From contig JAXGYC010000009.1 of assembly GCA_040772485.1 (NCBI GenBank), forward strand, positions 384,001 to 448,000: a stretch of 64,000 nucleotides of DNA, in the 5' to 3' direction. Position 1 is the first letter of the stretch, and the number at the start of each line of letters is the position of its first letter. Origin of the DNA: Sedimentisphaerales bacterium. GTDB lineage: Bacteria; Planctomycetota; Phycisphaerae; Sedimentisphaerales; Anaerobacaceae. Below the pieces are notes generated by a model. That model saw only the letters and a list, made by a program, of their open reading frames with translations. It did no database searches and was not told where the DNA came from. Shown piece after piece: positions 12,383 through 22,499 of the stretch. A program made the position numbers and the translations under genes.

Positions 12383-14890
12383 ATGATAGCACTGTGGCAA
12401 GACATTCGATACGGCGTCCGGATGCTGAGAAAGTCGCCGGGGTTCACAGCGATTGCCCTGGTTACCCTGGCGGTCGGCATCGGCGCCAATACCGTCATGT
12501 TCTCTGTGGTTAATATGTTGGTGTTTCGGCCCATGCAGGTCAAAGATCCGGACCGGTTGGTGTACTGCTGCATACAGGGTTCCCCTGGTTTCCGCTATGA
12601 AGACTATACCGACATACGAGACGACAATCCGGCGTTTAGTGATCTAATCGCCGTCGGCGGCGGTATGGGAAGTGGCGGCACCTGGCTTCAGGGTGCTGTG
12701 GTCAGGGAGATGCGTATTGCGTACACGTCGGCCAACTACTTTTCCGCGTTGGGGGTGGACCCGATTCATGGACGGACCTTCCTGCCTGAGGAAGAGCGGC
12801 ATGGCGCGGAACCGGTCGTGGTGCTGAGCCACCGGACCTGGCAGGCACTGGGTGGCGATCCCAATATGGTGGGCCAAGTCGCGCACATCAACGCCCAGCC
12901 TTGTCGGATCATCGGTGTGGCGCCCGAGGGATTCACCGGCACGATGCTTCATGGGCCGGATATTTGGCTGCCCCTTGGGGCTTACGGCCTGGTCGATCGT
13001 CGCCATCGCAATCGACCCTATCCGCTAAACGGGTTGATAGGACGACTCAAGCCTGATCTGGACATGGCGGCGGCCGAGGCAAGGCTCCAGATGTTGGGTG
13101 CACGCCTCAAAGAGCAAATGAATACCCGATGGAAGAACAACTCCGTAGATTACCGATTGAAGGACAATGCCAGGCTGGTTCTCACCCGGTTGGGCAAACT
13201 CTCGTTAGGGGAAGATGATCGCGTGCAGAAAGGGATGAGGCAATGGAGTATGGTCTTGATGGCGATCTCCTTCGTTGTTCTCCTCATTGCCTGCCTGAAC
13301 CTCGCGAACATGCTCAACGCGCAGGGGACAGACAGACAACGGGAAATCGCCATTCGGTTGGCCATGGGAGGCGGACGTTTACGCATCATACGGCAGTTGT
13401 TGATCGAGTCGCTTCTGTTGGCGCTGTTGGGAGCAGTGCTGGCGTTGATCCCCAGCTTGGTGGGCATCCGCATGTTCAATGCCTGGCTGGCGCTGGCCGT
13501 GAGTGATGAGGTGATTCAAATCCCCACCTCATTTGACATGCGCGTATTCGGAGCAACCCTCGGAATCTGTCTGATCGCCACGATCATGTTTGGTCTCAAA
13601 CCGGCCTTGAACCTATCCAAACGCGATGTCATCGGCGACCTGAAGGAGTCGGGGGCCGTTGTCCAAACCCTAAGACGCAGACGGCGTCTTTTACCACGTG
13701 GGCTATCGGTGATAGGCCAGACCGCGTTGTCCGTGGCATTTGTCATGGTCGCGATGTTGTTTATGCGTACGGCCCAGAAGCTCGGTAATACCTATCCCGG
13801 GCTTGACTTGCACGGCAAGATCCTGGTCAAGATCGATGCGTTGGCGAGTGGGTACGCTCCCGCACAGGTCGGAGCAGCCTGCGAGAGGCTCGCCGAACGT
13901 CTGAAGGGTATGCCGGGAATCCAAGCGGTAGGGTGGTCCATGGGATTTCCTGTGGGTGACTCTTACCGAGGTTCTTCCCCAGACGTTGCGGAATACCGGC
14001 CCGGGGTTGAAGAGGACAACGTCAAGAGCCTCTTCCCCAGAGGCGCACTGACTTTCCCGGTCAATGGGGAGTACTTCGAGGCCATGGGAATGCCGCTGTT
14101 ACAGGGCCGACCCTTCGGTCCCCTTGATCATGCGGCCGGGGCGGAACCCGTGGTGATCATCGGGAGTCGCCTGGCTGAAAAGCTCCGCAGAGACGGCAAC
14201 GTCCTGGATTGCCTGATTCAACATGGTTGGGGCTCGGACCTTCAGGTGTGCCGTGTGGTGGGGGTGGTTTCCACTCTGCGCGATCCATACGACGAGACTT
14301 CGGAGTGGGGCCAGATATACCAGCCGATCTCCCCGGACCAAGCCCCCATCTATATGCATATCCGGACTGCGCCGGAAAGGGAATCCCCATTGTTGCAGAA
14401 CCTCGGTTCGATGATTCACGAGATCGATCCAATGCTTGCGGTGGTATCGTTGATGAGTCTGGCCGAGCACCATCGCGGAAGTTACGCCGTTCGGCAGGCG
14501 AGGATGAACGCCCAGGTGATTAGGATATTCGGGATCCTGGCCATGTTCCTGGCCGGACTCGGCCTCTACGCGGTCAAGGCCCATATGGTGGCGACACGCA
14601 CACACGAGATTGGCGTTCGCATGGCCCTGGGGGCCTCCCGACGGAGTGTTCTGACCCTGGTCTTTCGCCAGAACGGCCTGTCGACCCTTGTAGGGCTGGT
14701 CCTCGGCATCGTATTGGCCATTGGCCTGACATCCTTGATTCGCGGTGCACTCTACGGCATCGGTCCCACGGATCCGGTGAGTATCATTGCCACTGTGAGC
14801 GTGTTGGCCTTGACATCCCTGCTGGCAGGATACGTCCCCGCACAACGTGCTGTTAAAATCGATCCGATGGTGGCGCTGCGGCATGAATAG
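12383..14890 (+). CDS. ADOP-like duplicated ABC permease (835 aa, divergent)
   Basis: [37 protein letters not shown]. Confidence 0.93.
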   Translation: MIALWQDIRYGVRMLRKSPGFTAIALVTLAVGIGANTVMFSVVNMLVFRPMQVKDPDRLVYCCIQGSPGFRYEDYTDIRDDNPAFSDLIAVGGGMGSGGTWLQGAVVREMRIAYTSANYFSALGVDPIHGRTFLPEEERHGAEPVVVLSHRTWQALGGDPNMVGQVAHINAQPCRIIGVAPEGFTGTMLHGPDIWLPLGAYGLVDRRHRNRPYPLNGLIGRLKPDLDMAAAEARLQMLGARLKEQMNTRWKNNSVDYRLKDNARLVLTRLGKLSLGEDDRVQKGMRQWSMVLMAISFVVLLIACLNLANMLNAQGTDRQREIAIRLAMGGGRLRIIRQLLIESLLLALLGAVLALIPSLVGIRMFNAWLALAVSDEVIQIPTSFDMRVFGATLGICLIATIMFGLKPALNLSKRDVIGDLKESGAVVQTLRRRRRLLPRGLSVIGQTALSVAFVMVAMLFMRTAQKLGNTYPGLDLHGKILVKIDALASGYAPAQVGAACERLAERLKGMPGIQAVGWSMGFPVGDSYRGSSPDVAEYRPGVEEDNVKSLFPRGALTFPVNGEYFEAMGMPLLQGRPFGPLDHAAGAEPVVIIGSRLAEKLRRDGNVLDCLIQHGWGSDLQVCRVVGVVSTLRDPYDETSEWGQIYQPISPDQAPIYMHIRTAPERESPLLQNLGSMIHEIDPMLAVVSLMSLAEHHRGSYAVRQARMNAQVIRIFGILAMFLAGLGLYAVKAHMVATRTHEIGVRMALGASRRSVLTLVFRQNGLSTLVGLVLGIVLAIGLTSLIRGALYGIGPTDPVSIIATVSVLALTSLLAGYVPAQRAVKIDPMVALRHE

Positions 14891-14995
14891 GAAGGAGTTG
14901 ACAGTTCACAGTTGATAGTTGTCAGCAAGAGCGCCGACGGCTCCCAACTGAGAACCGACAACCGCCAACTGTGAACTGAGTACTGGAGTCATGCA
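14891..14995. repeat. Junction element copy 5 (105 bp, loop variant A)
   Basis: GAGTTGACAGTTCACAGTTG...CAGCAAGAGCGCCGACGGCT...ACTGGAGTCATGCA. Confidence 0.9.
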
Positions 14996-17470
14996 ATGAC
15001 GACCTTGTGGCAGGATGTTCGATACGCCCTGCGGATGCTCGCAAAAAGCCCTGGCTTCGCGGGCACGGCTGTCATCATCCTGGGGATTGGCATCGGCGCG
15101 ACCACGGCGATGCTCAGCGCACTCGATGCCGTGCTGTTTCGGCCATGCCCGTATAAGGATTCTGAGCGTCTTGCCTGGCTCGGCGAAACCGACCCGGGAC
15201 GCACGCACAAAGAAATGGTCTCGCTGCCCAACTTCTACGACTGGCGAGAACAAACCCAGGTGTTTGAGAAGCTCGTTGCCGCCAATGGTCGTGGGTGCGT
15301 GGTTCGCGATGCCGCCAGGACGGAAAGGAGCGAAGCCATGTCGGTCTCTGAGGGCTTCTTTTCCGTGTTGGGCGTCCAGCCGATATTGGGCCGGCTGTTT
15401 CTACCGAGCGAAGAAAGGCCAGGGGGGCCGCGCGTGGTGATCCTCGGCGAAGGCCAGTGGCAACACTGGTTTGCCCGCGATCCCAATGCCATTGGCAAGA
15501 CGCTGCTTCTCGATAGAGACGTGTACACCGTAGTCGGCGTTCTGCCCGACGAATTCCGATGGGTCTTCCGTCGCCCGCATTGCGGCTTGTGGGTGCCGCT
15601 GGCACTGGAGCCAGTAGATGAATCCCACCGAACGTCGCGTGGCACCGATGTCATCGGGAGGCTCAGGGCGGGCGCTAGTATCGACCAGGCTCAAGCAGAA
15701 ATGGATGTCATTGCGGACCGGCTGACTCGCGCGCACCCGAAAGCGCTGGCCGACGTCGGGATCGTGGTCGTTCCGATGAGCGAAGCCTATCGGATGGCGG
15801 CCGGATGGTCCGGCAACGTCAGGGTCCTGGTGATCCTGTCCGGGATCGTCGCCAGCGTACTTCTAATGGCCTGTCTGCATGTCGCCGGGCTGCTGTTGGT
15901 TCGGTCCACGGCTCGCGAAAGGGAGATCGCGGTTCGCGCGGCTATGGGGGCTCATCGTTTGCGCCTAATCAGGCAATTGCTCACCGAAAGCGCGCTGCTG
16001 GCAGGTATGGGCGGTCTGCTCGGACTGCTGCTTGCACACTGCGGCGTGCGTCTGCTGGCGACGGTCGGAGGTGATTCGGCCGGCTTGGTTCCGTGGTTTG
16101 CAGACCCTCGAATCGATAGTCGATCTCTCCTCTATGCCTTGATTCTGTCCCTGGCGACGTGCGGGCTGTTCGGCGTGTTGCCGGCCGTCTGGACATCTCG
16201 AATCAACCTGAGCCGGTTCCTTTCTGTGGGAAGGACGTCCGAACGGGGACCGCGCTTCACTCGTGTGCGAGAGGCTCTTGTGACGGGCGACTTGGCCGTT
16301 GCTTTCGTGTTGCTTGTCGTGGCAGCCTTGGTCATCAATACCTATGTCCGCATTCTGGATTTCAACCCCGGGATCAGTGCGAAGAATGTTCTGGCGATGA
16401 GTATAGAGCTGGACACCGAAGCGAGTCCCTATTCCGACCCTGAGTGTCGATCTGCGTTCTTCCATCAGGTTCTGGAGCGAATCCGGCACCTGCCTGGAGT
16501 ACGGTATGCGGCGGCCGCAAACATGACGCCCGCATGGGCCGGCTACAACTACAGTGTCTTTCGCCTGGACGGACATCGCGACGGCAGCGATGAGCAGATC
16601 ATTCGCCGGACCACGGTCTCTTCCGAGTATTTCCGCGTGCTGGAGATCCCTGTTCTGAAAGGCCGAACGTTCACGGAGCAGGAGACCCTGAGGGGTGCCG
16701 CCGTGGCGATCATCAATGAGTCGCTGGCCGCGCGTTCCTGGCCCGGCCAGGACCCGATCGGACGCCGCATCACGCGGACGACGGGCACATCGCAGGGCGT
16801 ATCCCACGAGATTGTCGGGGTCGTCGCCGATGTGAAGCACTATTTCGACTTCACGCTCGCCAAGATACCGGAGGAACACCGCAAGAAGTACATTGGTGCG
16901 TTTCCCGATGACGTTGTCTACGTCCCGGGATACGACAGCGAACTCATGGCTCGGACGGCAGGGGACCCGGCCGATATCATTTCCGCTGCACGGCAGGCGG
17001 TGTTCGCTGTGGACCACGACGCTGTGGCGTATGGCATCGTGCCTCTCCAGGACGACATCAATAGCCTTTTCTCTTTGCAGCGGTTCAACACGCTTTTCCT
17101 CGGGGCATTTGCGGCGGTGACATTGCTGCTGGGCAGCATGGGTGTCTACGGCGCCGTGGCGTATTCGGTGTCGCGGCGCATTCATGAGATTGGCATCCGG
17201 ATGGCCTTGGGCGCCCGGAACCGCGATGTGCTGAAGGGGGTCCTGCGTGAGGGCCTGAAACTCACCGTCATCGGGCTTGCGCTCGGTTTGGTGGCCGCGC
17301 TGGGCCTGACGCGGGTTATCGCCAGTCTGCTGTATGGTGTCCGTCCCACCGATCCTCTGACCTTTGCCTGCGCGGCCCTGATCCTGACCGCCGTCTCGTT
17401 GCTGGCATGCTACCTTCCCGCGCGCCGTGCGGCGAAGGTCGATCCGATGGTGGCACTGCGATATGAATAA
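14996..17470 (+). CDS. ADOP-like duplicated ABC permease (824 aa)
   Basis: Family motifs as in the other paralogues. Confidence 0.95.
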   Translation: MTTLWQDVRYALRMLAKSPGFAGTAVIILGIGIGATTAMLSALDAVLFRPCPYKDSERLAWLGETDPGRTHKEMVSLPNFYDWREQTQVFEKLVAANGRGCVVRDAARTERSEAMSVSEGFFSVLGVQPILGRLFLPSEERPGGPRVVILGEGQWQHWFARDPNAIGKTLLLDRDVYTVVGVLPDEFRWVFRRPHCGLWVPLALEPVDESHRTSRGTDVIGRLRAGASIDQAQAEMDVIADRLTRAHPKALADVGIVVVPMSEAYRMAAGWSGNVRVLVILSGIVASVLLMACLHVAGLLLVRSTAREREIAVRAAMGAHRLRLIRQLLTESALLAGMGGLLGLLLAHCGVRLLATVGGDSAGLVPWFADPRIDSRSLLYALILSLATCGLFGVLPAVWTSRINLSRFLSVGRTSERGPRFTRVREALVTGDLAVAFVLLVVAALVINTYVRILDFNPGISAKNVLAMSIELDTEASPYSDPECRSAFFHQVLERIRHLPGVRYAAAANMTPAWAGYNYSVFRLDGHRDGSDEQIIRRTTVSSEYFRVLEIPVLKGRTFTEQETLRGAAVAIINESLAARSWPGQDPIGRRITRTTGTSQGVSHEIVGVVADVKHYFDFTLAKIPEEHRKKYIGAFPDDVVYVPGYDSELMARTAGDPADIISAARQAVFAVDHDAVAYGIVPLQDDINSLFSLQRFNTLFLGAFAAVTLLLGSMGVYGAVAYSVSRRIHEIGIRMALGARNRDVLKGVLREGLKLTVIGLALGLVAALGLTRVIASLLYGVRPTDPLTFACAALILTAVSLLACYLPARRAAKVDPMVALRYE

Positions 17471-17569
17471 GAACGAGTTGACGGTTCACAGTTGGCAGTT
17501 GTCAGCCGGGGAACCAGGAACCTGCAAACTGAGAACCGGCAACTGGGAACTGTGAACTGGAGTCATGCA
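17471..17569. repeat. Junction element copy 6 (99 bp)
   Basis: 2 mismatches from copy 7. Confidence 0.95.
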
Positions 17570-19975
17570 ATGGGAACGCTTTGGCAAGACATTCGATACG
17601 GCCTGCGGATGCTGGCGAAAAATCCGGGGTTCACAGCGGTGGTGATTGTGATCCTGGCGGTGGGGATCGGCGCCAACACGGCGGTCTTCAGTATCGTCAA
17701 TGCGGTGATGCTCCGGCCCTTGCCGTACGAGGACGCCGACCGGATCGTGTGTATGTATAACCACTCGGAGTGGGGCGACTTTCCCCCGCCGCACGGCGGC
17801 TTTCTCCTGTGTCGCCAGGACAACCCTGTTTTCGAGCAGATGACCGCATGTGGCCCGATGCGTGCGGAGATTTCCGGGATCGCCAGCGCCCGGCGGGTCC
17901 GTGCGACGGCTGTCTCATCCGAGTTCTTCTCCTTCGTGGGTGCCAAGCCATTGCTGGGCCGTATGTTTCGCGCCGAAGAGGAGCAGCCGGGCAACGATCT
18001 GGTCATGGTGGTCAGCTACAGCTTCTGGAAGAACGAACTGGGCGGGACTGACGACGTGATTGGCAAGACGGTGGGGGTGGACGACAAGAGCTACACCGTC
18101 GTGGGTGTTATGCCGAGCGATTTCAAGCCGATCTTTGGCGAACCCGCCACATTCTGGGTTCCGCTGGTCTTTTCCATACCGGACCCCGCCTTGCCGCTGG
18201 GGAATGATGTGTTTGTGTACGCACGCCTCAAGAAAGGCGTAACCCTGGAACAGGCCCGCGCGTTCATGCCCGCGCTCAGCGAGCGGTTCGCCGGGGCGGA
18301 CCCGCAGGGGGGAGGCTACAAGCTGGTAATCCAACGGCCGTTGGACAAACAACTGGAGGGTAAACGCACGTTGCCGCTGCTGCTCCTGGGTGCGGCGGCG
18401 TTCATCCTGCTGATCGCCTGTAGCAACGTCGCCAACCTGTTCCTGGCTCGCGCGGCCGTACGACAGCGCGAGCTGGCCATGCGTGCGGCTCTGGGTGCGT
18501 CTCGAGGACGCATCTTGCGACAAGTGCTCACCGAGGGTCTCCTGCTGAGCACCGCTGGCGGCGCGATCGGCCTGCTGATGACCGTCTGGACCGTTCAGGG
18601 TCTGGTCAGCCTGTGTCCTCGCGATATTCCACGACTGGATGAGACGAGGGTCGATCTGCCGGTCTTGGCCTTCACATTGGCGATATCGGTTCTGACGGGC
18701 CTTGTATTCGGTGCGGCGCCGGCCTGGAGAGCCTCCGGCGTGCGGATGGCGGAGATGCTGCAGGAAGGCGTGATGCGTCCGACTATTGGCCGACGGGGCC
18801 GCCGTGTTCACAGCGGTCTCGTCGTGACTCAGGTCGGGCTGTCCTTGATCCTGCTCATCGGAGCCGGCCTGTTGATTCGCAGCCTGATCGCATTGCAGCG
18901 ACTCGATCTGGGGTTCCGTCCCAAGAACGTGCTGGCGATGACGGTTATCCTACCGGCGGAGAAATACGCCGAGCCTGCCCGATGCCAGACTTTTTTCGAC
19001 GAGCTTCTGTCACGAGTGCGAGCGCTGCCACACGTCCAGTCGGCGGGACTGAGCCTGAGCGAGTTGGGCCTTGGCTTTGCAGGATACGCGGGGGCTCGCA
19101 TCTCCATCGCCGGCCGCGATCCTGTCCCTGCGGAAGAGCAGGATGCCGCGCTGCTCTCGGTCGTGACACCAGGTTTCTTCGAGGCGCTGGGTGTCCCACT
19201 GCTGCGGGGGCGTACATTCACCGAAGAGGACCTTGCCACCGAGACGAGTCATATCGTAATCGATCAGCATCTGGCTCGCAGGCACTTCGGCAACGCCAAT
19301 CCGATTGGTCAGCAGATCGATTTCCCGGACAGCCATCATATCGTCGTCGGCGTGGTGGATACGGTCAAGGACTTCGAGCATCTCGAACGGACGCACAGCG
19401 TGATCTATCTGCCGATGACGGCGGAGCACTGGTTCGAGCAGGAAGTGCTCGTGGTCCGAACCGATGGCGACCCCATGCGCCTGGCCGATGCGATCACCGC
19501 GCAGGCGGCGGACCTGGAGCCGGACAGGATCACTTGGAGGATCGAGACAGTTGAGGCCAGGCTGGCTGGCATGCTGCGCCCGAGACGCGTCAACGTGATC
19601 CTGCTGAGCCTCTTTGCGGGGATCGCGCTGGTCCTGGCGATGGTCGGCGTTTACAGCCTGCTTCACTACAGCGCGACGCAGCAGACCCGCGACATTGCGA
19701 TCCGTATGGCGTTGGGCGCTCGGAAGAGGAACGTGCTGACGGCGGTGGTCCGACAGGGGCTGATGCTCACGTTGCTCGGAGTCGTGGTCGGGCTGGCCGG
19801 CGCGGTGGCGTTGACCCGCGTGCTTGCCAGCCTGCTCTACGGTGTGACGCCCACTGACCCACTGACGTTGGCGGTCGTCTCGCTCGTGTTGATCACCGTC
19901 GCGTTGCTGGCCAGTTATCTCCCTGCTCGGCGGGCCGCGAGGATCGATCCGATGGTGGCACTGCGATATGAATAA
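17570..19975 (+). CDS. ADOP-like duplicated ABC permease
   Basis: Start MGTLWQD at 17570; by eye most similar to 6632..9058. Confidence 0.95.
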   Translation: MGTLWQDIRYGLRMLAKNPGFTAVVIVILAVGIGANTAVFSIVNAVMLRPLPYEDADRIVCMYNHSEWGDFPPPHGGFLLCRQDNPVFEQMTACGPMRAEISGIASARRVRATAVSSEFFSFVGAKPLLGRMFRAEEEQPGNDLVMVVSYSFWKNELGGTDDVIGKTVGVDDKSYTVVGVMPSDFKPIFGEPATFWVPLVFSIPDPALPLGNDVFVYARLKKGVTLEQARAFMPALSERFAGADPQGGGYKLVIQRPLDKQLEGKRTLPLLLLGAAAFILLIACSNVANLFLARAAVRQRELAMRAALGASRGRILRQVLTEGLLLSTAGGAIGLLMTVWTVQGLVSLCPRDIPRLDETRVDLPVLAFTLAISVLTGLVFGAAPAWRASGVRMAEMLQEGVMRPTIGRRGRRVHSGLVVTQVGLSLILLIGAGLLIRSLIALQRLDLGFRPKNVLAMTVILPAEKYAEPARCQTFFDELLSRVRALPHVQSAGLSLSELGLGFAGYAGARISIAGRDPVPAEEQDAALLSVVTPGFFEALGVPLLRGRTFTEEDLATETSHIVIDQHLARRHFGNANPIGQQIDFPDSHHIVVGVVDTVKDFEHLERTHSVIYLPMTAEHWFEQEVLVVRTDGDPMRLADAITAQAADLEPDRITWRIETVEARLAGMLRPRRVNVILLSLFAGIALVLAMVGVYSLLHYSATQQTRDIAIRMALGARKRNVLTAVVRQGLMLTLLGVVVGLAGAVALTRVLASLLYGVTPTDPLTLAVVSLVLITVALLASYLPARRAARIDPMVALRYE

Positions 19976-20074
19976 GAACGAGTTGACGGTTCACAGTTGG
20001 CAGTTGTCAGCCGGGGAACCAGGAACCTGCGAACTGAGAACTGGCAACTGGGAACTGTGAACTGGAGTCATGCA
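19976..20074. repeat. Junction element copy 7 (99 bp)
   Basis: 31-nt arms match as an inverted repeat at 25 of 31 positions. Confidence 0.95.
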
Positions 20075-22489
20075 ATGGGAACGCTCTGGCAAGATATTCG
20101 ATATGGTCTACGGATGCTGGCGAGGAGTCCGGGCTTCACGACGGTGGTCGTCCTGGTTCTGGGCCTGGGGATCGGCGTGACTACCGCCGTCTTTTCTGTG
20201 GTCAGCGCCGTATTACTGCGCCCGCTGCCGTTTCCCAATGTCGATCGACTGGTGATGGTCTGGGAGACGGAAAGAGACAGACCTAACAGTCTCGAAGCCA
20301 TCATGCTTCTACGGTTCCTGGACTGGCGAGACCAGTGCCCGGATTTCGAGGCGATGGCGTTCTTCGAGCGGGGGGCTTGGGAGGAGACGCTGACCGGCGT
20401 GGAGGAGGCCGCCCAAGTTGTCGGGGCGCGGATCGATCCGCAGTTCTTCTCTGTTCTCGGAGTCGTCCCCCTGTTGGGACGTCCGTTCACCGCCGAAGAG
20501 GGCAGAGAAGGAGGACCGCCGGTCGTCATTCTCAGCCGTGGGATGTGGAAACGGCGCTTCGGCGGAGATCCGGAGATCATCGACAAGACCATCGTGTTGA
20601 ATCAGAAACCGCGTACGGTCGTGGGCGTCATGGGGCCGGGCTTCCGACACATCGGCACAGCGGATTTCTGGATGCCTTTTCCCATGGACATCGATTCGGT
20701 TGCACCGGTGGGACCGGGCGCGGGACGAGGCGCCCACGGCGCCTATGTAGTAGGGCGGCTCAAACCGAATGTGGCGCGCGCACGGGCGGAGGCGGACCTC
20801 GAGGTCATCGCCAAGCGCAGAACGCAGTTTCCTCTGTTTGAAACCGATCGGGGCGTACGCCTGACGTCGCTTCACGAGCACATGGTGAAGGATGCGAGGT
20901 TGCTGCTCTACGTATTTCAGGCGGCGGCCCTGTTGGTGCTGTTGGTGGCCGCAGCTAATGTGGCAAACCTGATGCTGGTGCGTTCGGAGACGCGGAGCAG
21001 GGAGATGTCGCTGCGTGTCGCGTTGGGAGCCAGCAGGGCCCGCATCATCCGCCAACTGTTCACGGAGAGTTCGCTTCTGGCCCTGATGGGTGGCAGCCTC
21101 GGAGCACTGCTTGCCCTCTGGGGTGCGGCGGGCCTCGGAAAGGCGGCTGCCAGTCTCCTGCCTCGCGTGGAAGAGGTGAATCTGGATTGGCGCGTGCTGG
21201 CCTTCACGTCTCTGGTCTCGCTGATGAGCGGACTGCTCTCGGGGCTGGCTCCGGCGGTCCGCGCCGTGAGGATGGACCCGAACGAGTGCCTGAAAGAGGG
21301 TGGGGCTGTCCGATGCCTGGTCGGCTCCCATCGGAATGCGACGCGGCACACGCTGGTCATCGCAGAGATCGGACTATCGCTTGTGCTGCTGATCGGCGCT
21401 GGACTATTCCTCAAGAGCTTTGTTCTGCTCAACCAGGTTCGGCTGGGGTTTGATCCGACGGATGTGCTGGTAGCCCAGGTGCCAGGAGTCGGCAAAGTGC
21501 TGTCTGGTCCGCAGGGGCCAGGGCTGCTGGAGAGGCTGTCTTTGCTGCCGGGCGTGCAGGCGGTGGGGGCCGCCAGCGTCTTGCCGCCTCGCCATTCGGG
21601 GACGCGGATGGACATGACCGTCGGAGGGGACCCGGCCGAGCACCTCGTTTGTCGGCAGGAGGTGACGCCGGATTACTTCCGCGCCATGGGTGTTCCCTTG
21701 GTGAGGGGCCGCGCCATCACCGAACAGGATGTCGAAGGCTCGCTTCACGTTGTGGTCGTGAACGAGACGTTTGTGAAACGCGTCTGCGGGGGTATTGACC
21801 CGATCGGTAGAGAGCTTGTGATGCACACGCCGAACCCTATCTATCAAAGACGTGACACCATCGTTGGTGTGGTGAAGGATATTGCGAATCAGACGCTCCT
21901 CGGGGCGACCGAGCCCGAGGCGTACTATTCCTATCGCCAGGGAGGCATCTACGCGGACAGTCTGGTTCTTCGGATCGGGTCCGATCCTTGGCCCATGGTG
22001 ATTCCCGTTCGCGAAGCCATCCGGGAAACGATCGGCAGGGACCACCCCATCTCCATAGAAACGATGCGAGAGCGGCTCGCCGGCTCGATTATTCCACAGC
22101 GATTCCAAACCATCATCATCGCACTGTTCTCCGCAATTGGATTGGCCTTGGCCGCCGTGGGGATCTACGGCGTGATCAGCTATTCGGTAGCGCAGCGTGT
22201 GCGTGAACTCGGAATTCGCATCGCTGTGGGCGCACAACGTGCGGACATCATGCGGCTGGTTGTGCGGCGGGCCTTATGGTTGGTCGCTGGCGGGCTCGCG
22301 CTCGGGTTGACTGGGGCGGTGGCTCTGACACGTGTACTTCGGACGTTCCTGTTTGCCGTCGCGCCACTCGATGCGGTTACCTTCGCCACTGTATCCATCT
22401 TCCTGGGTTCCGTGGTCCTGCTGGCCAGCTACCTTCCGGCACGCCGTGCGGCGAAGATCGATCCGATGGCAGCGCTGCGATATGAATGA
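20075..22489 (+). CDS. ADOP-like duplicated ABC permease
   Basis: MGTLWQD start; DPMAALRYE end. Confidence 0.95.
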   Translation: MGTLWQDIRYGLRMLARSPGFTTVVVLVLGLGIGVTTAVFSVVSAVLLRPLPFPNVDRLVMVWETERDRPNSLEAIMLLRFLDWRDQCPDFEAMAFFERGAWEETLTGVEEAAQVVGARIDPQFFSVLGVVPLLGRPFTAEEGREGGPPVVILSRGMWKRRFGGDPEIIDKTIVLNQKPRTVVGVMGPGFRHIGTADFWMPFPMDIDSVAPVGPGAGRGAHGAYVVGRLKPNVARARAEADLEVIAKRRTQFPLFETDRGVRLTSLHEHMVKDARLLLYVFQAAALLVLLVAAANVANLMLVRSETRSREMSLRVALGASRARIIRQLFTESSLLALMGGSLGALLALWGAAGLGKAAASLLPRVEEVNLDWRVLAFTSLVSLMSGLLSGLAPAVRAVRMDPNECLKEGGAVRCLVGSHRNATRHTLVIAEIGLSLVLLIGAGLFLKSFVLLNQVRLGFDPTDVLVAQVPGVGKVLSGPQGPGLLERLSLLPGVQAVGAASVLPPRHSGTRMDMTVGGDPAEHLVCRQEVTPDYFRAMGVPLVRGRAITEQDVEGSLHVVVVNETFVKRVCGGIDPIGRELVMHTPNPIYQRRDTIVGVVKDIANQTLLGATEPEAYYSYRQGGIYADSLVLRIGSDPWPMVIPVREAIRETIGRDHPISIETMRERLAGSIIPQRFQTIIIALFSAIGLALAAVGIYGVISYSVAQRVRELGIRIAVGAQRADIMRLVVRRALWLVAGGLALGLTGAVALTRVLRTFLFAVAPLDAVTFATVSIFLGSVVLLASYLPARRAAKIDPMAALRYE

Positions 22490-22499
22490 GGTGAGAACG